From positions 1 to 64,000 of the forward strand of contig JBFLZG010000051.1 in NCBI GenBank assembly GCA_040756235.1: a stretch of DNA of 64,000 nucleotides. Direction: 5' to 3'. The notes under the pieces were generated by a model that worked only from the letters and a program-made list of their open reading frames with translations, ran no database searches and had not been told where the DNA came from. Within the stretch, counting starts at the first letter, position 1, and each line of letters opens with the position of its first letter. The translations under genes and the position numbers were made by a program. This document shows positions 18,444 to 27,760 of the stretch, piece after piece. The DNA is from a bacterium (GTDB lineage: Bacteria; Desulfobacterota; DSWW01).

Positions 18444-21440
18444 TTGTCAGCCCTGAAACGGCTCGACCCCCGCACCCCGCCTTCGCCCTGCGGGCGGGTC
18501 GGGCCTGGACGCAGCGCCTTTCCGCAAAACCACGGCTTCCCGGGACAGTGGCTCCTCCTGGACCGATCGCGGGAAAGAAACAGCGGCTCCGCGGCCGAGC
18601 GTGCGGCACGCTTGCTGCGGCTGCTGAGAACAGCGGCACGGGCCCTGTCCGCCCGTTTCCCGGGCAGCGCGGTCACCGGAACGATTTCGGTCGCGGATCG
18701 ACTCTCGGGCGCGCCTTCGGCGCAAGGGACCTCCAAGGGCTCGAATGCCCGGGTCGAAATCGAGGCATCCAGCGCATGGCTCGGCCTCGATCCCGGGGAG
18801 TTGCGGGCGGAGCTCGAGCACGCCCTGGCCGCAGGGCCTTTCACCCGCGACGACCGAGAGGAGCAGGGACCACACCGGGCCGGCTTGGCGGTTTTTCCGG
18901 ACTCCGGGCAGGGCAAGCCGCTGGTGCAGTTCCTTCACTGCACGTCCCTGTCCGAGAGGCGGGAGAGGGCCTTCCGGGGCGTCCCGCCTGCGGTGTTCTT
19001 CCTCGCCCCGGCCCTGCTGAAGAGCGGCTTGCGGGTCGCGGTGGAGACACTAGTCCTCGAGGCTTTCGTCGAGCCCGCGCTCTGTCCGAAGGAGGTCCGG
19101 CAGTCCAATCGGAAGAAGCTCGAGGACATCCTGTCGAGGAACCCCTTCTGCATCGCCACGACGGCCATGGACTTCTATCTCGAGGAGCTACGGGCCCTGT
19201 CCGGGGAGATCCGATCGAGAGACCGGCGGGTCCTTCTCGCATTCGGCGGACCGCTGGTCACTCTCTACCCCGAGAAAGCGATCGTGCACTTGCCGGAAGG
19301 CAATCTGTTCATCCGCGGCGAGGCGGATGTGGCTCTCGGAGAGGCCCTCGCAGCCATGGCCGGCCTGCACGCCCGAAAGGACCTCGACGAACGTGCGCTG
19401 GCCGGTCTCAGGAACATGCAGGCGCTCTTCGTCCGAACCGGGGACACCGTCTTCGCCTCCCGCTACGACCGGAGGCTCCGGGTCGAGGACATCGGCGAGA
19501 TCTTCCGGGGAGAGATCGACCTCGGCTACTTGAGCAAAGAGCACCTCCGGAACGGGTTCTCCCTGCATACGACCCGCGGGTGCCCCTACCGGTGCGCCTT
19601 CTGCAGCAAGGTGCACGGCTCCCGGGTGAGATCGCTCAGCGCCGAAACGATCTTCCATGTCCTTTCGTCATTGGAAAAGCGGATCCTGCAGATCGAGCAG
19701 GCCGAGGGCCTCACGGAAAGCGAGAAGCGCGCGGCGCTCCAGCTCACGTTTACGGACGACGACTTTCTGCTGGACCCGGGCCGTGCCCAGGCCGTCCTCC
19801 GAGGGCTTGCGGAGCGCCCCTTTTTCGTCCGGACGATTCCTGCCGCGATCCCCTCTTTTCTGCGTGACCGTCCGGCAGGAGGGAAAGAGCTCGACCCGAT
19901 CCTGTCCGATTCGATTCGCGCGGGGAGGGCGAAGATCGGCTCTTTCGAGATCGGTACGGACGACTTTTCGGAGCGGGAGCTGCGCCGCCTGGGGAAGGGC
20001 CGTCCCCGCGCCTACGGTGCGCCGGAGATCCGGGCGGTGGTGGAGGAGCTGGAGTCGCTGGGCGTCCGCAATCGCCACTTCGTGATCCTTTCCAACCCCG
20101 ATACCCGGTGGTCCGACCTTCTGGAAAAGCTCGTCCGGCTGGAAGAGTGGAGCTGGTCGTACCCGCACTTTTTTCCGGACCCGAACCCCGCTACGCTCGC
20201 CCCGGTGGGCACGCCGCTGTTTGCCAGGCTTCACCGGCAGGGCCGGACGGGCGGGCTCGCCACGCAACGCTTCTCCGTGCCGGGCTTCGCGGAATTCGAC
20301 CACCAGGCCTTCAACCTGGCGCCTCCGGAGGAGCACCTTTTCGCCTCGGAGCGCCTGTCCTGCATGGAATTCTTCCGGAGGCTCTGCGATCTGCTGAAGA
20401 CCTGCAATCGGTTCTTCATTGTGAACGAGGCCTATCTCCATCTCCTGAGAATCCGCAACGAAGCTTTTCCGGATGCGGAGGAGAAGGCTCGGGTGTTCGG
20501 CCAGATCGTCCGATGCGTGCACCTGAGAAGAGCGCGGCTGGAACCCCGGCTGGCCGAGCTCCCCCTTCCCGCTGAGCGGGGCGCGGCGGCCGTGCGGAAA
20601 CGGAATCTCGTCCTCGAAACGGTCGCGGGCATGCTCCTGGTGCGTGAGACCCTTGGGCGGCTCTTCCCTGAAGATGCGTTTCAGGCGGAACGAGAAGAAC
20701 TCGGGCGCACCGTGGATCGACAGATTTCGGCATGGGACCGTTCTCCGGACCCGGAGGCATCCCTGTGGCCGCGAGTGCCGCTCCAGGAGGCGCTCCATGC
20801 GATCCGGGAAGAAGCGAAGGGTTGGAGCGGCCGAGAGCCTCTTGCCGGGGAGAGTCCGGCGGCCATCCGTCCCTTTCCGAAAAGCTTCATTCAGAGCGTG
20901 CGGGAAGAGCTGGAAAGAAAGACGTCGGCTTCGAAGGCCCGCGAGTGGGCGGCCCTCTTTGAGCCCGGGACGAGCCTTCTCCTGCTGGAGGTCGGCAAGG
21001 ACCGGCAGGATGCCCGCTTCATCGAGGACGCGGTGAGGATCGGCAGGTTCTTCGAGCTTGCCCGGCTTGGCGGCGTGGGGGCCTCGCGTCTGTCCGGCGT
21101 GCTTCCCTTCCTGAGGGCCGAATGGGTCCTTTGGAAGTCCATCAAGGACCATTACCTCGGGTCCTCCGAGGTCCGGATCTTCCTCTATGAGGGGCTCCTC
21201 AGGCTTCCCTTCGAGCTTAAAAGGCGCTTTCAGGAGGAGTTCGGGCTCTCCCCTTTCTGCGACAGGGACGAGCTCGTGGCTTCTCTGCTCTCCAAGCTCC
21301 TGGCCGCCAGGGGCCGCCCCCACGACGCGTGCATCCACGGCACCGGCCTGTTCGAGGCCGCCCGAGAGGAGCTCGGGTCTCTGGTGCACGAGGAGCTGGC
21401 CGCGTTCGCGCAGTGGCTCTTTGCAGAGCGCTCCGGGTGA
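18444..21440 (+). CDS. Large cobalamin-binding-type radical SAM protein with unrecognised N- and C-terminal extensions
   Basis: AGGAGG 9 nt before TTG 18444. B12-domain-like FGGPLVT and RGEAD; TTRGCPYRCAFC (CX3CX2C); FTDDDF. Confidence 0.8.
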   Translation: MSALKRLDPRTPPSPCGRVGPGRSAFPQNHGFPGQWLLLDRSRERNSGSAAERAARLLRLLRTAARALSARFPGSAVTGTISVADRLSGAPSAQGTSKGSNARVEIEASSAWLGLDPGELRAELEHALAAGPFTRDDREEQGPHRAGLAVFPDSGQGKPLVQFLHCTSLSERRERAFRGVPPAVFFLAPALLKSGLRVAVETLVLEAFVEPALCPKEVRQSNRKKLEDILSRNPFCIATTAMDFYLEELRALSGEIRSRDRRVLLAFGGPLVTLYPEKAIVHLPEGNLFIRGEADVALGEALAAMAGLHARKDLDERALAGLRNMQALFVRTGDTVFASRYDRRLRVEDIGEIFRGEIDLGYLSKEHLRNGFSLHTTRGCPYRCAFCSKVHGSRVRSLSAETIFHVLSSLEKRILQIEQAEGLTESEKRAALQLTFTDDDFLLDPGRAQAVLRGLAERPFFVRTIPAAIPSFLRDRPAGGKELDPILSDSIRAGRAKIGSFEIGTDDFSERELRRLGKGRPRAYGAPEIRAVVEELESLGVRNRHFVILSNPDTRWSDLLEKLVRLEEWSWSYPHFFPDPNPATLAPVGTPLFARLHRQGRTGGLATQRFSVPGFAEFDHQAFNLAPPEEHLFASERLSCMEFFRRLCDLLKTCNRFFIVNEAYLHLLRIRNEAFPDAEEKARVFGQIVRCVHLRRARLEPRLAELPLPAERGAAAVRKRNLVLETVAGMLLVRETLGRLFPEDAFQAEREELGRTVDRQISAWDRSPDPEASLWPRVPLQEALHAIREEAKGWSGREPLAGESPAAIRPFPKSFIQSVREELERKTSASKAREWAALFEPGTSLLLLEVGKDRQDARFIEDAVRIGRFFELARLGGVGASRLSGVLPFLRAEWVLWKSIKDHYLGSSEVRIFLYEGLLRLPFELKRRFQEEFGLSPFCDRDELVASLLSKLLAARGRPHDACIHGTGLFEAAREELGSLVHEELAAFAQWLFAERSG

Positions 21441-21467
21441 GAGCCGCGGCGCGCCCGCGGGACCCGC

Positions 21468-22769
21468 CTATTTGCAGAACTTCTGAAAGCCGCTCAGAGA
21501 AAAGTCGTTGGGGTCCATGATCGCGTAGAAGGCCCAGATGTTCCTCGGGCTCGCGTCCTCGATGATGCTGGAGTGGTCGGCACGGTCGTCGACCACCTGC
21601 TGGGTGGCCAGGGACGTGAACATCATCTTCTTGTCCGCGCTCTCGCATCCCATGCTGGAGATGAAGAAGGTCTTCCAGTAGGCCCGGCTCTTGTCGTGGA
21701 TCACCTTGTACGCGGCGCCATAGAGCTCGGTATCGACCCAGAGCTCCTGCGGACCGTAGTTGTAGTAAGGGTCCTTGGGGATCATCTCGAGCACGTAGAC
21801 GGACCGCTTGGTCCAGATCAGGTTGGTCGGCGCCCACGGGGCCCCTTGCCAGCCTTCTTTCTGGTACCCGTGAATCACCGGTTTGATCTGGGGGGTGGTC
21901 AGCCACTCGCCCTGCTCGTTCTGCACGATCCGGATCGGGTCTTTGTCCAGGAAGGCCAGCAGGGCTTCCTGCTTCCGCAGCACCTTCCAGGAGAACGCGG
22001 AGACCTTCCCGTCGTAGCCGTTGGCGTCGTCCACGGCGAAGTCCGAGCCCATGAAGGCGTCCGAACGGTTGGCCGGGCTCATGCGGCGCACCCTGCGGAT
22101 CGCGGGCACGTAGCCGAAGCTCAAGTCCAGCTTCGTGGGATCCAGAAAGCGCCACAGCATGACGGCCGTACCGGCGACGTCATAGGGCTTCAGAATGCGC
22201 GTGATCGCATACTTCTCCACGCGCTCCGGGTTGGGAAGCTCGGCAGCTCCCGGATACCCGTCCATCGCCATCTGGAGCCAGACCGCCTCCGTCTCCTTGT
22301 CATACCCTCTCGAGCGGTCAACGAAAATGCCCTGGTAGGGGAAACGGAGGTTGCCGGGCAGATATTGCATGTAGTGGTTGTTCTGCATCAGCTTGATGGC
22401 GAGCTTGGGATCATCGGGATCGATCTGGGGGAAGGGAAGGCCGACGAGCCGCTCCGGCGCCTTTCCGGTCGCCGCCTCGATGATGCCGTCGTCTTCACCC
22501 AGCCCGTACTTCCCGAGGTTGGTCTGCATCGCCTCCTTGGCGAACGGAGGGAAATAGTCGGCGGGCTTGTAGTTCAGCTCGCCGATCTCCATGATGAAAT
22601 CCCCTTTCTGGACCCAGTTGAGGACCGGCCCGGGCAGGAGCCCCTCGGCCTTCTGCCAGCTCGTCTTGTCGATGATGTCCCCCGGCGCCACGTCGGCTGA
22701 AACGGAGGGAGCGGCGGTCACGAGCCAGCACCCAAGAAACAGGAGCGAGAGACGGCCGAGGGTCTTCAT
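21468..22769 (-). CDS. DUF1329 family periplasmic protein
   Basis: Signal peptide; GLPFPQIDP, YVPAIRRVRR, GSDF, PKDPYYNY. Paralog of 50701-51999. Confidence 0.85.
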   Translation of the reverse strand: MKTLGRLSLLFLGCWLVTAAPSVSADVAPGDIIDKTSWQKAEGLLPGPVLNWVQKGDFIMEIGELNYKPADYFPPFAKEAMQTNLGKYGLGEDDGIIEAATGKAPERLVGLPFPQIDPDDPKLAIKLMQNNHYMQYLPGNLRFPYQGIFVDRSRGYDKETEAVWLQMAMDGYPGAAELPNPERVEKYAITRILKPYDVAGTAVMLWRFLDPTKLDLSFGYVPAIRRVRRMSPANRSDAFMGSDFAVDDANGYDGKVSAFSWKVLRKQEALLAFLDKDPIRIVQNEQGEWLTTPQIKPVIHGYQKEGWQGAPWAPTNLIWTKRSVYVLEMIPKDPYYNYGPQELWVDTELYGAAYKVIHDKSRAYWKTFFISSMGCESADKKMMFTSLATQQVVDDRADHSSIIEDASPRNIWAFYAIMDPNDFSLSGFQKFCK

Positions 22770-22936
22770 TTGCTGTTACCTCCGACTTTGCGGGTAGAGA
22801 AAATCCGAGACACAAACATCAAAAAGTGAATAGAATGACTGTCGACCACAAGCCATAGATAGAATGAATAACCTGTGCACATCAAGAAAAATCTTTGTGC
22901 GCCGGCCAAACCACCGAACGAGCCAGGAGAACGGAG

Positions 22937-24187
22937 ATGAGCGGGACGGCGGAACGACAGTACGAGGCAAGGGAAAAGAGGATCTCGGACGCCATCGAGC
23001 TCAAGGAGCCGGACCGGGTCCCGTTCGTGGCGCTGTTCGGCTTCTTTCCGGCCAAATACGCGGGTATCACCTGCGCCGAAGCCATGTACGATCGGGAAAA
23101 GATGATGCATGCCTGGGTGAAGACCATGAAGGAGTTCGAGCCGGACGCCTACGAGAACCCGTTCACCATCCGCTTTCTGGGGGCCCTGCTGGAGGCGCTC
23201 GACTTCAAGCAGCTGCGCTGGCCGGGGCATGGCGTGAGCGAGGCTGCTTCGTACCAGTTCGTCGAAGGGGAGTACATGAAGGCCGACGAGTACGACGCCT
23301 TCCTTTTCGATCTCTCCGATTACATGGTCCGCTGCTACTGGCCGCGGGTCTTCGGCGCGCTGCAGGGTCTGGGCGCGCTCCCCCCTTTGAACGAGCTGAT
23401 TTCCTACTATCTGGGGCTCACCCATCTGGCCGCCCTGGACGCCCCCGAGGTCGGTGATGCGCTGGCCGCACTCCGGAAGGCGGGCAGGGCGGCCGCAACG
23501 CTCGTGGACGCCGCCAGGGCTTACGGAGAGGAGATGAAGAGCCTGGGGATCCCGCCCCAGTTCGGCGCCATCACCCAGGCTCCGTTCGACACGCTGTCCG
23601 ACTTTTTTCGAGGTACCCGGGGCGCAATGCTCGATCTCTACCGGCAGCCCGAGAAGCTCCTGGCCGCGACGGAAAAGCTCCTGCCGATCATGCTGCGAAG
23701 CGCCGTCCGGACGGCCCGGAGAACGGGCGTCCCGCGGGTGTTCATACCGCTGCACAAAGGTTCTGACGGTTTCATGTCCCTCGAGCAGTTCAAGACTTTT
23801 TTCTGGCCCGGCTTGAGGACGCTGATGCTCGGCCTGATCGAGGAAGGGCTGGTCCCCTGCCCGTTCTTCGAAGGCGATTACGGCTCCCGGCTGGAAGTCA
23901 TCGCCGACATCCCCAGGGGGAAGGCCTGCTACGCGTTCGAGCGGACCGACCTCTTGCGGGCCAAGGAGGTGCTCGGCGGCCGGGTATGCCTACGGGGGAA
24001 CGTGCCCCTTTCCCTGCTCGGCACGGGAGCTCCGGAGGAGGTCAAGGCGCACTGCCGGAGGCTGATACGGGAGGTCGGCAAGGGGGGCGGGTTCATCCTG
24101 GATGCCGCCACGGGGCTGGATGACGCCAGGCCGGAGAACGTGCGGGCCATGGCCGAGTGCGCGAGGGAGAGCGCCGTGCGGGCGTGA
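22937..24187 (+). CDS. Uroporphyrinogen decarboxylase-fold protein (probable corrinoid methyltransferase)
   Basis: KEPDRVP, EYMKADEYD, APFDTLSDFFRG, FIPLHKG, FMSLEQFKTFFWP, GNVP, GGGFIL, PENV. RBS GGAG. Confidence 0.8.
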   Translation: MSGTAERQYEAREKRISDAIELKEPDRVPFVALFGFFPAKYAGITCAEAMYDREKMMHAWVKTMKEFEPDAYENPFTIRFLGALLEALDFKQLRWPGHGVSEAASYQFVEGEYMKADEYDAFLFDLSDYMVRCYWPRVFGALQGLGALPPLNELISYYLGLTHLAALDAPEVGDALAALRKAGRAAATLVDAARAYGEEMKSLGIPPQFGAITQAPFDTLSDFFRGTRGAMLDLYRQPEKLLAATEKLLPIMLRSAVRTARRTGVPRVFIPLHKGSDGFMSLEQFKTFFWPGLRTLMLGLIEEGLVPCPFFEGDYGSRLEVIADIPRGKACYAFERTDLLRAKEVLGGRVCLRGNVPLSLLGTGAPEEVKAHCRRLIREVGKGGGFILDAATGLDDARPENVRAMAECARESAVRA

Positions 24188-24241
24188 GCTAAGGCAGGGC
24201 CGAGCGGCCGATGCGCGCCTCGCGACGGGCGAACCGGCCCT

Positions 24242-25120
24242 TCAGGGTTCTCCTTCGATCCGTGACCGGGCAAAGGCGGCTCCGTCCCCCTCGGGAACGA
24301 GAGCCAGATATTTCCCCCAGTGGAGCCGGGCAAGACCTTTGTCTCCGATCTTCTCCAGGGTCTCGGCCAGGTTGAAGTGCGCGTCGGCGAAGTCGGCGTC
24401 CTCGTGAAGAGCCTTCGCGTAGAAAAGCACGGCATCCTCGAGGCGACCCCTCTCACCCAGCAGGTTGGCGAGGTTGTAGTTGGCTTCCACATGGTCGGGG
24501 TTGAGGCGCAGCGCCTTGCGATAGAGCCGCTCCGCCTCCTCCGGCTCGCCCCGGCGATAGAGAAGGCTCCCCAGGTTGACCAGACCGTCCTGATGATCGG
24601 GCCTCATGGACAGCAGCTCTTCATACTTGGCTCTCGCCTGGCCCCACTCCCCTCTTTCCTCGAGCTCGAGAGCCTGGAAGAAGAGATCGTCCAGAGGCAT
24701 GGCGCCCAGCTTCGATACGGGTTCCACCGGACGAGTGGCGGAGAGCGCGGGACGGGAAGCCTCCGAGGGCTTGTCGAAATCGAGCAACATCTGCCCTTCC
24801 GGCGTGACCCTCACGCTGTTCCTGCCGATCACGATCTCGCGGCCGTCCAGGGTGATGCGCAGCTGCACCAGCGGCTGCGCGACCTCCGGCAGGGATGCCT
24901 TCAACTGCTGCACCAGCTGCTTGAGCTTCCTGGCCGAGGCGCCTTGATCGCGCAGGGTCTTGATCGCGCGGAAGGCCACCAGGCCCTGGAAATCGAACGA
25001 CAGGAACTCGTCACGAGTCTCGGCCGGAGGAACGACGCCCGCCCGGACCCAATAGCGGATCTGGCTTTCCGAGATGCCGATGAGTCTGGAGACTTCTTTC
25101 TGATCGTAGAGGTTCTTCAT
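24242..25120 (-). CDS. MerR-type HTH plus TPR protein
   Basis: YDQKEVSRLIGISESQIRYW...FDFQGL HTH; GQMLLDF linker; C-terminal TPRs (ANYNLANLL, AHFNLAETL). Confidence 0.85.
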   Translation of the reverse strand: MKNLYDQKEVSRLIGISESQIRYWVRAGVVPPAETRDEFLSFDFQGLVAFRAIKTLRDQGASARKLKQLVQQLKASLPEVAQPLVQLRITLDGREIVIGRNSVRVTPEGQMLLDFDKPSEASRPALSATRPVEPVSKLGAMPLDDLFFQALELEERGEWGQARAKYEELLSMRPDHQDGLVNLGSLLYRRGEPEEAERLYRKALRLNPDHVEANYNLANLLGERGRLEDAVLFYAKALHEDADFADAHFNLAETLEKIGDKGLARLHWGKYLALVPEGDGAAFARSRIEGEP

Positions 25121-25636
25121 CCGTGGCCGTACCGCAGTCCTGGTGGAGCAGGCTGAAGCGAACCGGATTGCCCCTCGTCACGGCAGTGTACATCTTGATC
25201 GGAATGGAAACCAGGCTGATCTTGAGATAACCCGTCCAGACCTGCTTCGCAGCCGTGCATTCAGGTTGGCCTCTGAAAGCGAGCTGCTTGGGACACGCTC
25301 GGAATGAATGCGTCTAAACGGATCAGGAGGTATTGCCGAGAAAGAGAGGAGGGCTGAAGGAGAGTCGACGCACATCGCGACCAGGGCGTCGCCCTGAACG
25401 TCTTTGCACACCGCAATGAGTCCGGCAAATCGAGAGGCGGCCATGCGGCTCGAAGCCGATAACCGGGATGGAGAAAAAGTAAAGATTAGGAAAAAAAATC
25501 CGAAATGATCTCGAAATGATCTTGATACGAGGATCCGTTTTTTGTAAGAGGTAGTCCCAGGCAGAACGACCAGAGATGTTTGCGGCATGCGGCGGAGGAA
25601 AACCGTCCCTATCAGAAGCAGGGTCTCCCCTCGACG

Positions 25637-26713
25637 ATGAAGTGCAAGAGAAATCCTCAGCTCGCTCGGGACATCACCGGATCGAGGCCGCCGGTCCTGC
25701 TCCTCTATAATCTCGATCCGACTTGGGACCCCGAGGAGCGGGAGGCGGTCATCGAGGAATCGACCCGGCTCGGTTCTGCATTGGGAGAGGTGGGGCACTC
25801 CGTGACTCTTCTGCCCGTCTGTGACATCGACTTCCACAGCCAACTGACAGGGATTCCGGATGGAGGGTGGGTCGTCCTCAACTGGTGCGAATCGATTCCG
25901 GGAATGCCTCGCAGCGAGGCCCAGGTGGCAGCCGCACTGGAATCCATGAACCTCGCGTACACGGGGTCTGCATCTGAAGTGCTGGCCCTGAGCGAGGACA
26001 AGCACCGCATGAAAGAGGTCCTGGCGACCTCCGGCATACCCACGCCCACCTGGCGGATCTACGATGCCCCGGAGAGCGAAAAGTGGCACTGCTTCCCGGC
26101 GATCGTCAAGGCGGCCAACGGGCACTGCAGCGAAGGGCTCACCCCCGAGTCGGTGGCCATGACGGAGGAGGAGCTGCTCCTCAGGATCGAGTACGTCCTG
26201 GACACCTTCGATGGGCCGGCTCTCGTGGAGGATTTCATAGACGGTCGGGAGTTTCACGTATCCCTCTGGGGGAACAGGCACGTCCAGATGCTGCCGCCGG
26301 CGGAGATGGACTTTTCCTCCTTTGGAGAGGCGCGCGAGCGGTTGTGCACCTACGATGCCAAATTTGTTCCGGATTCCGGACACTACAAGGGGATCAAGAC
26401 CCTGCTCCCTGCACCCCTCACGGAGAGGGAGTACCGGAAACTCAGGAAGATCGCTGTTTCGGCTTATGAAGCTATCGGCTGCAGGGATTACGGGCGCATC
26501 GATATCAGGCTGCGGGACGGGATCTTCTATGTCCTGGACGTGAACCCGAACGCCGACATCGGCGCGGACGCCAGCATGGCATGTGCCGCAGAGCTGAGGG
26601 GTTATTCCTACGGTGAGATGGGCAGCATCCTGGTCCAACTGGCCGCCCGGCGCCACTCCCTGGGCGCAACACCGGACTCGAGTCTCGCCCTCGCCCTGCA
26701 GACCGGTCCCTGA
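25637..26713 (+). CDS. D-Ala-D-Ala ligase-like ATP-grasp enzyme
   Basis: LNWCE, YTGS, DKHRMK, FPAIVK, LVEDFIDGREF, TYDAKF, DYGRIDIRL, LDVNPNAD. Start uncertain (25637 or 25580). Confidence 0.85.
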   Translation: MKCKRNPQLARDITGSRPPVLLLYNLDPTWDPEEREAVIEESTRLGSALGEVGHSVTLLPVCDIDFHSQLTGIPDGGWVVLNWCESIPGMPRSEAQVAAALESMNLAYTGSASEVLALSEDKHRMKEVLATSGIPTPTWRIYDAPESEKWHCFPAIVKAANGHCSEGLTPESVAMTEEELLLRIEYVLDTFDGPALVEDFIDGREFHVSLWGNRHVQMLPPAEMDFSSFGEARERLCTYDAKFVPDSGHYKGIKTLLPAPLTEREYRKLRKIAVSAYEAIGCRDYGRIDIRLRDGIFYVLDVNPNADIGADASMACAAELRGYSYGEMGSILVQLAARRHSLGATPDSSLALALQTGP

Positions 26714-26722
26714 AGTCGCACG

Positions 26723-26761
26723 AAAAAAAAAGGCCTAGCTTTTCCGCTAAGCCCTTTTTTT
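26723..26761. terminator. Bidirectional intrinsic terminator
   Basis: A9-GGCCTAGC-loop-GCTAAGCC(C)-T7 between the converging ATP-grasp gene and tRNA-Phe. Confidence 0.75.
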
Positions 26762-26764
26762 CTC

Positions 26765-26840
26765 TGGTGCCGAGGGACGGAATCGAACCGCCGACACGCG
26801 GATTTTCAGTCCACTGCTCTACCGACTGAGCTACCTCGGC
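26765..26840 (-). tRNA. tRNA-Phe (GAA)
   Basis: Reverse complement GCCGAGGTAGCTCAGTCGGTAGAGCAGTGGACTGAAAATCCGCGTGTCGGCGGTTCGATTCCGTCCCTCGGCACCA: 76-nt cloverleaf, anticodon GAA, encoded CCA. Confidence 0.98.
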
Positions 26841-26967
26841 AGCAATTTCAGATCATGGAAATACTATTAGACTCAAAAGGGAAAAGTGTCAACTTGGAGC
26901 ACTCACTGTAACTGCTGACCGAAGATCCGCCCCGCGACCTCCGCCCGCCGGACCCCGCGCCTGCAGC

Positions 26968-27711
26968 TTACCCGCCGGCGATCCCGGGGCCGCCGGGAGG
27001 CTGCTGCGGCTGCTGCCATCCCATCAGATCGCTCGGGGGCAGGCGGATTTCCAGCGTGCCGGCGATCTTGTCGTGCAAGCCCTGTTTGCGGGGATCCACG
27101 GCGACCCACAGAAAGCCGATGAAAAGCGTGAGCTGGTTGATGTAATAGCCAAGCGTCCGCAGAGCGGCCTGGGCATAGCTGACGTTCCCGCCGTCCGTGC
27201 GGATGACCCTGAGCCCGCAGATCTTCTTTCCCGGCGTCTGCCCCGTTTTTCCCAGGAAATAGGTGAAATACGCCATCATCAGGATGAAGGCGAACAGGTT
27301 GAACGCATTCCAGGGTCCCTCGAACCGCCATGAGGAAAAATGCTCGAAAGGATGGGTCGCAGAGCCTTTCGTGTAGCCGAAAACACCCACTGCGAACAGG
27401 AGCGCCATGACCAGGAAGAGAATGGCGGAATCGATCACGTAGGCCACCACCCGGATCCAGAATCCTGCGAAACCGACAGGGGCCGCACCCGGTTCATGGG
27501 ACCAGGGCGGAGGCTGGGGCGCGGGCAGGGACGGCGGGTATCCGCCCGCGCCTCGCGGAAACGGCTCCCGAGGCGGGGGGCTGCCGATGCCCGCGCCGCG
27601 TTGCGGCGCGGGGCCGGCCTCCTTCAGGTTGGCTCCGCAGAAGGTGCACTGCTCGGTGTTCCTGTTCGGCCGCCCGCAGACCGGGCAAGTGACCGTCCCG
27701 TTCGATTCCAT
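26968..27711 (-). CDS. RDD family membrane protein with N-terminal zinc ribbon
   Basis: CPVCG..CTFCG; AGFWIRVVAYVID; GQTPGKKICGLRV; KQGLHDKIAGT. Confidence 0.92.
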   Translation of the reverse strand: MESNGTVTCPVCGRPNRNTEQCTFCGANLKEAGPAPQRGAGIGSPPPREPFPRGAGGYPPSLPAPQPPPWSHEPGAAPVGFAGFWIRVVAYVIDSAILFLVMALLFAVGVFGYTKGSATHPFEHFSSWRFEGPWNAFNLFAFILMMAYFTYFLGKTGQTPGKKICGLRVIRTDGGNVSYAQAALRTLGYYINQLTLFIGFLWVAVDPRKQGLHDKIAGTLEIRLPPSDLMGWQQPQQPPGGPGIAGG

Positions 27712-27760
27712 TTCCGCTCCTTTGCAGAAGTCTCAGGCAGCAAGTCTCAAGGCAAAAGGA

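Noticed and set aside
25141..25166. TGGTGGAGCAGGCTGAAGCGAACCGG resembles a reversed tRNA/tmRNA 3' end (possible att site)
   Set aside because: The T-stem does not pair and it does not match the tRNA-Phe 3' end; probably chance.
25325..25508. Small basic ORFs in the MerR/ATP-grasp intergenic region
   Set aside because: AGGAGG is only 2 nt from the TTG, the ORFs are under 30 aa, and there is no homology evidence.
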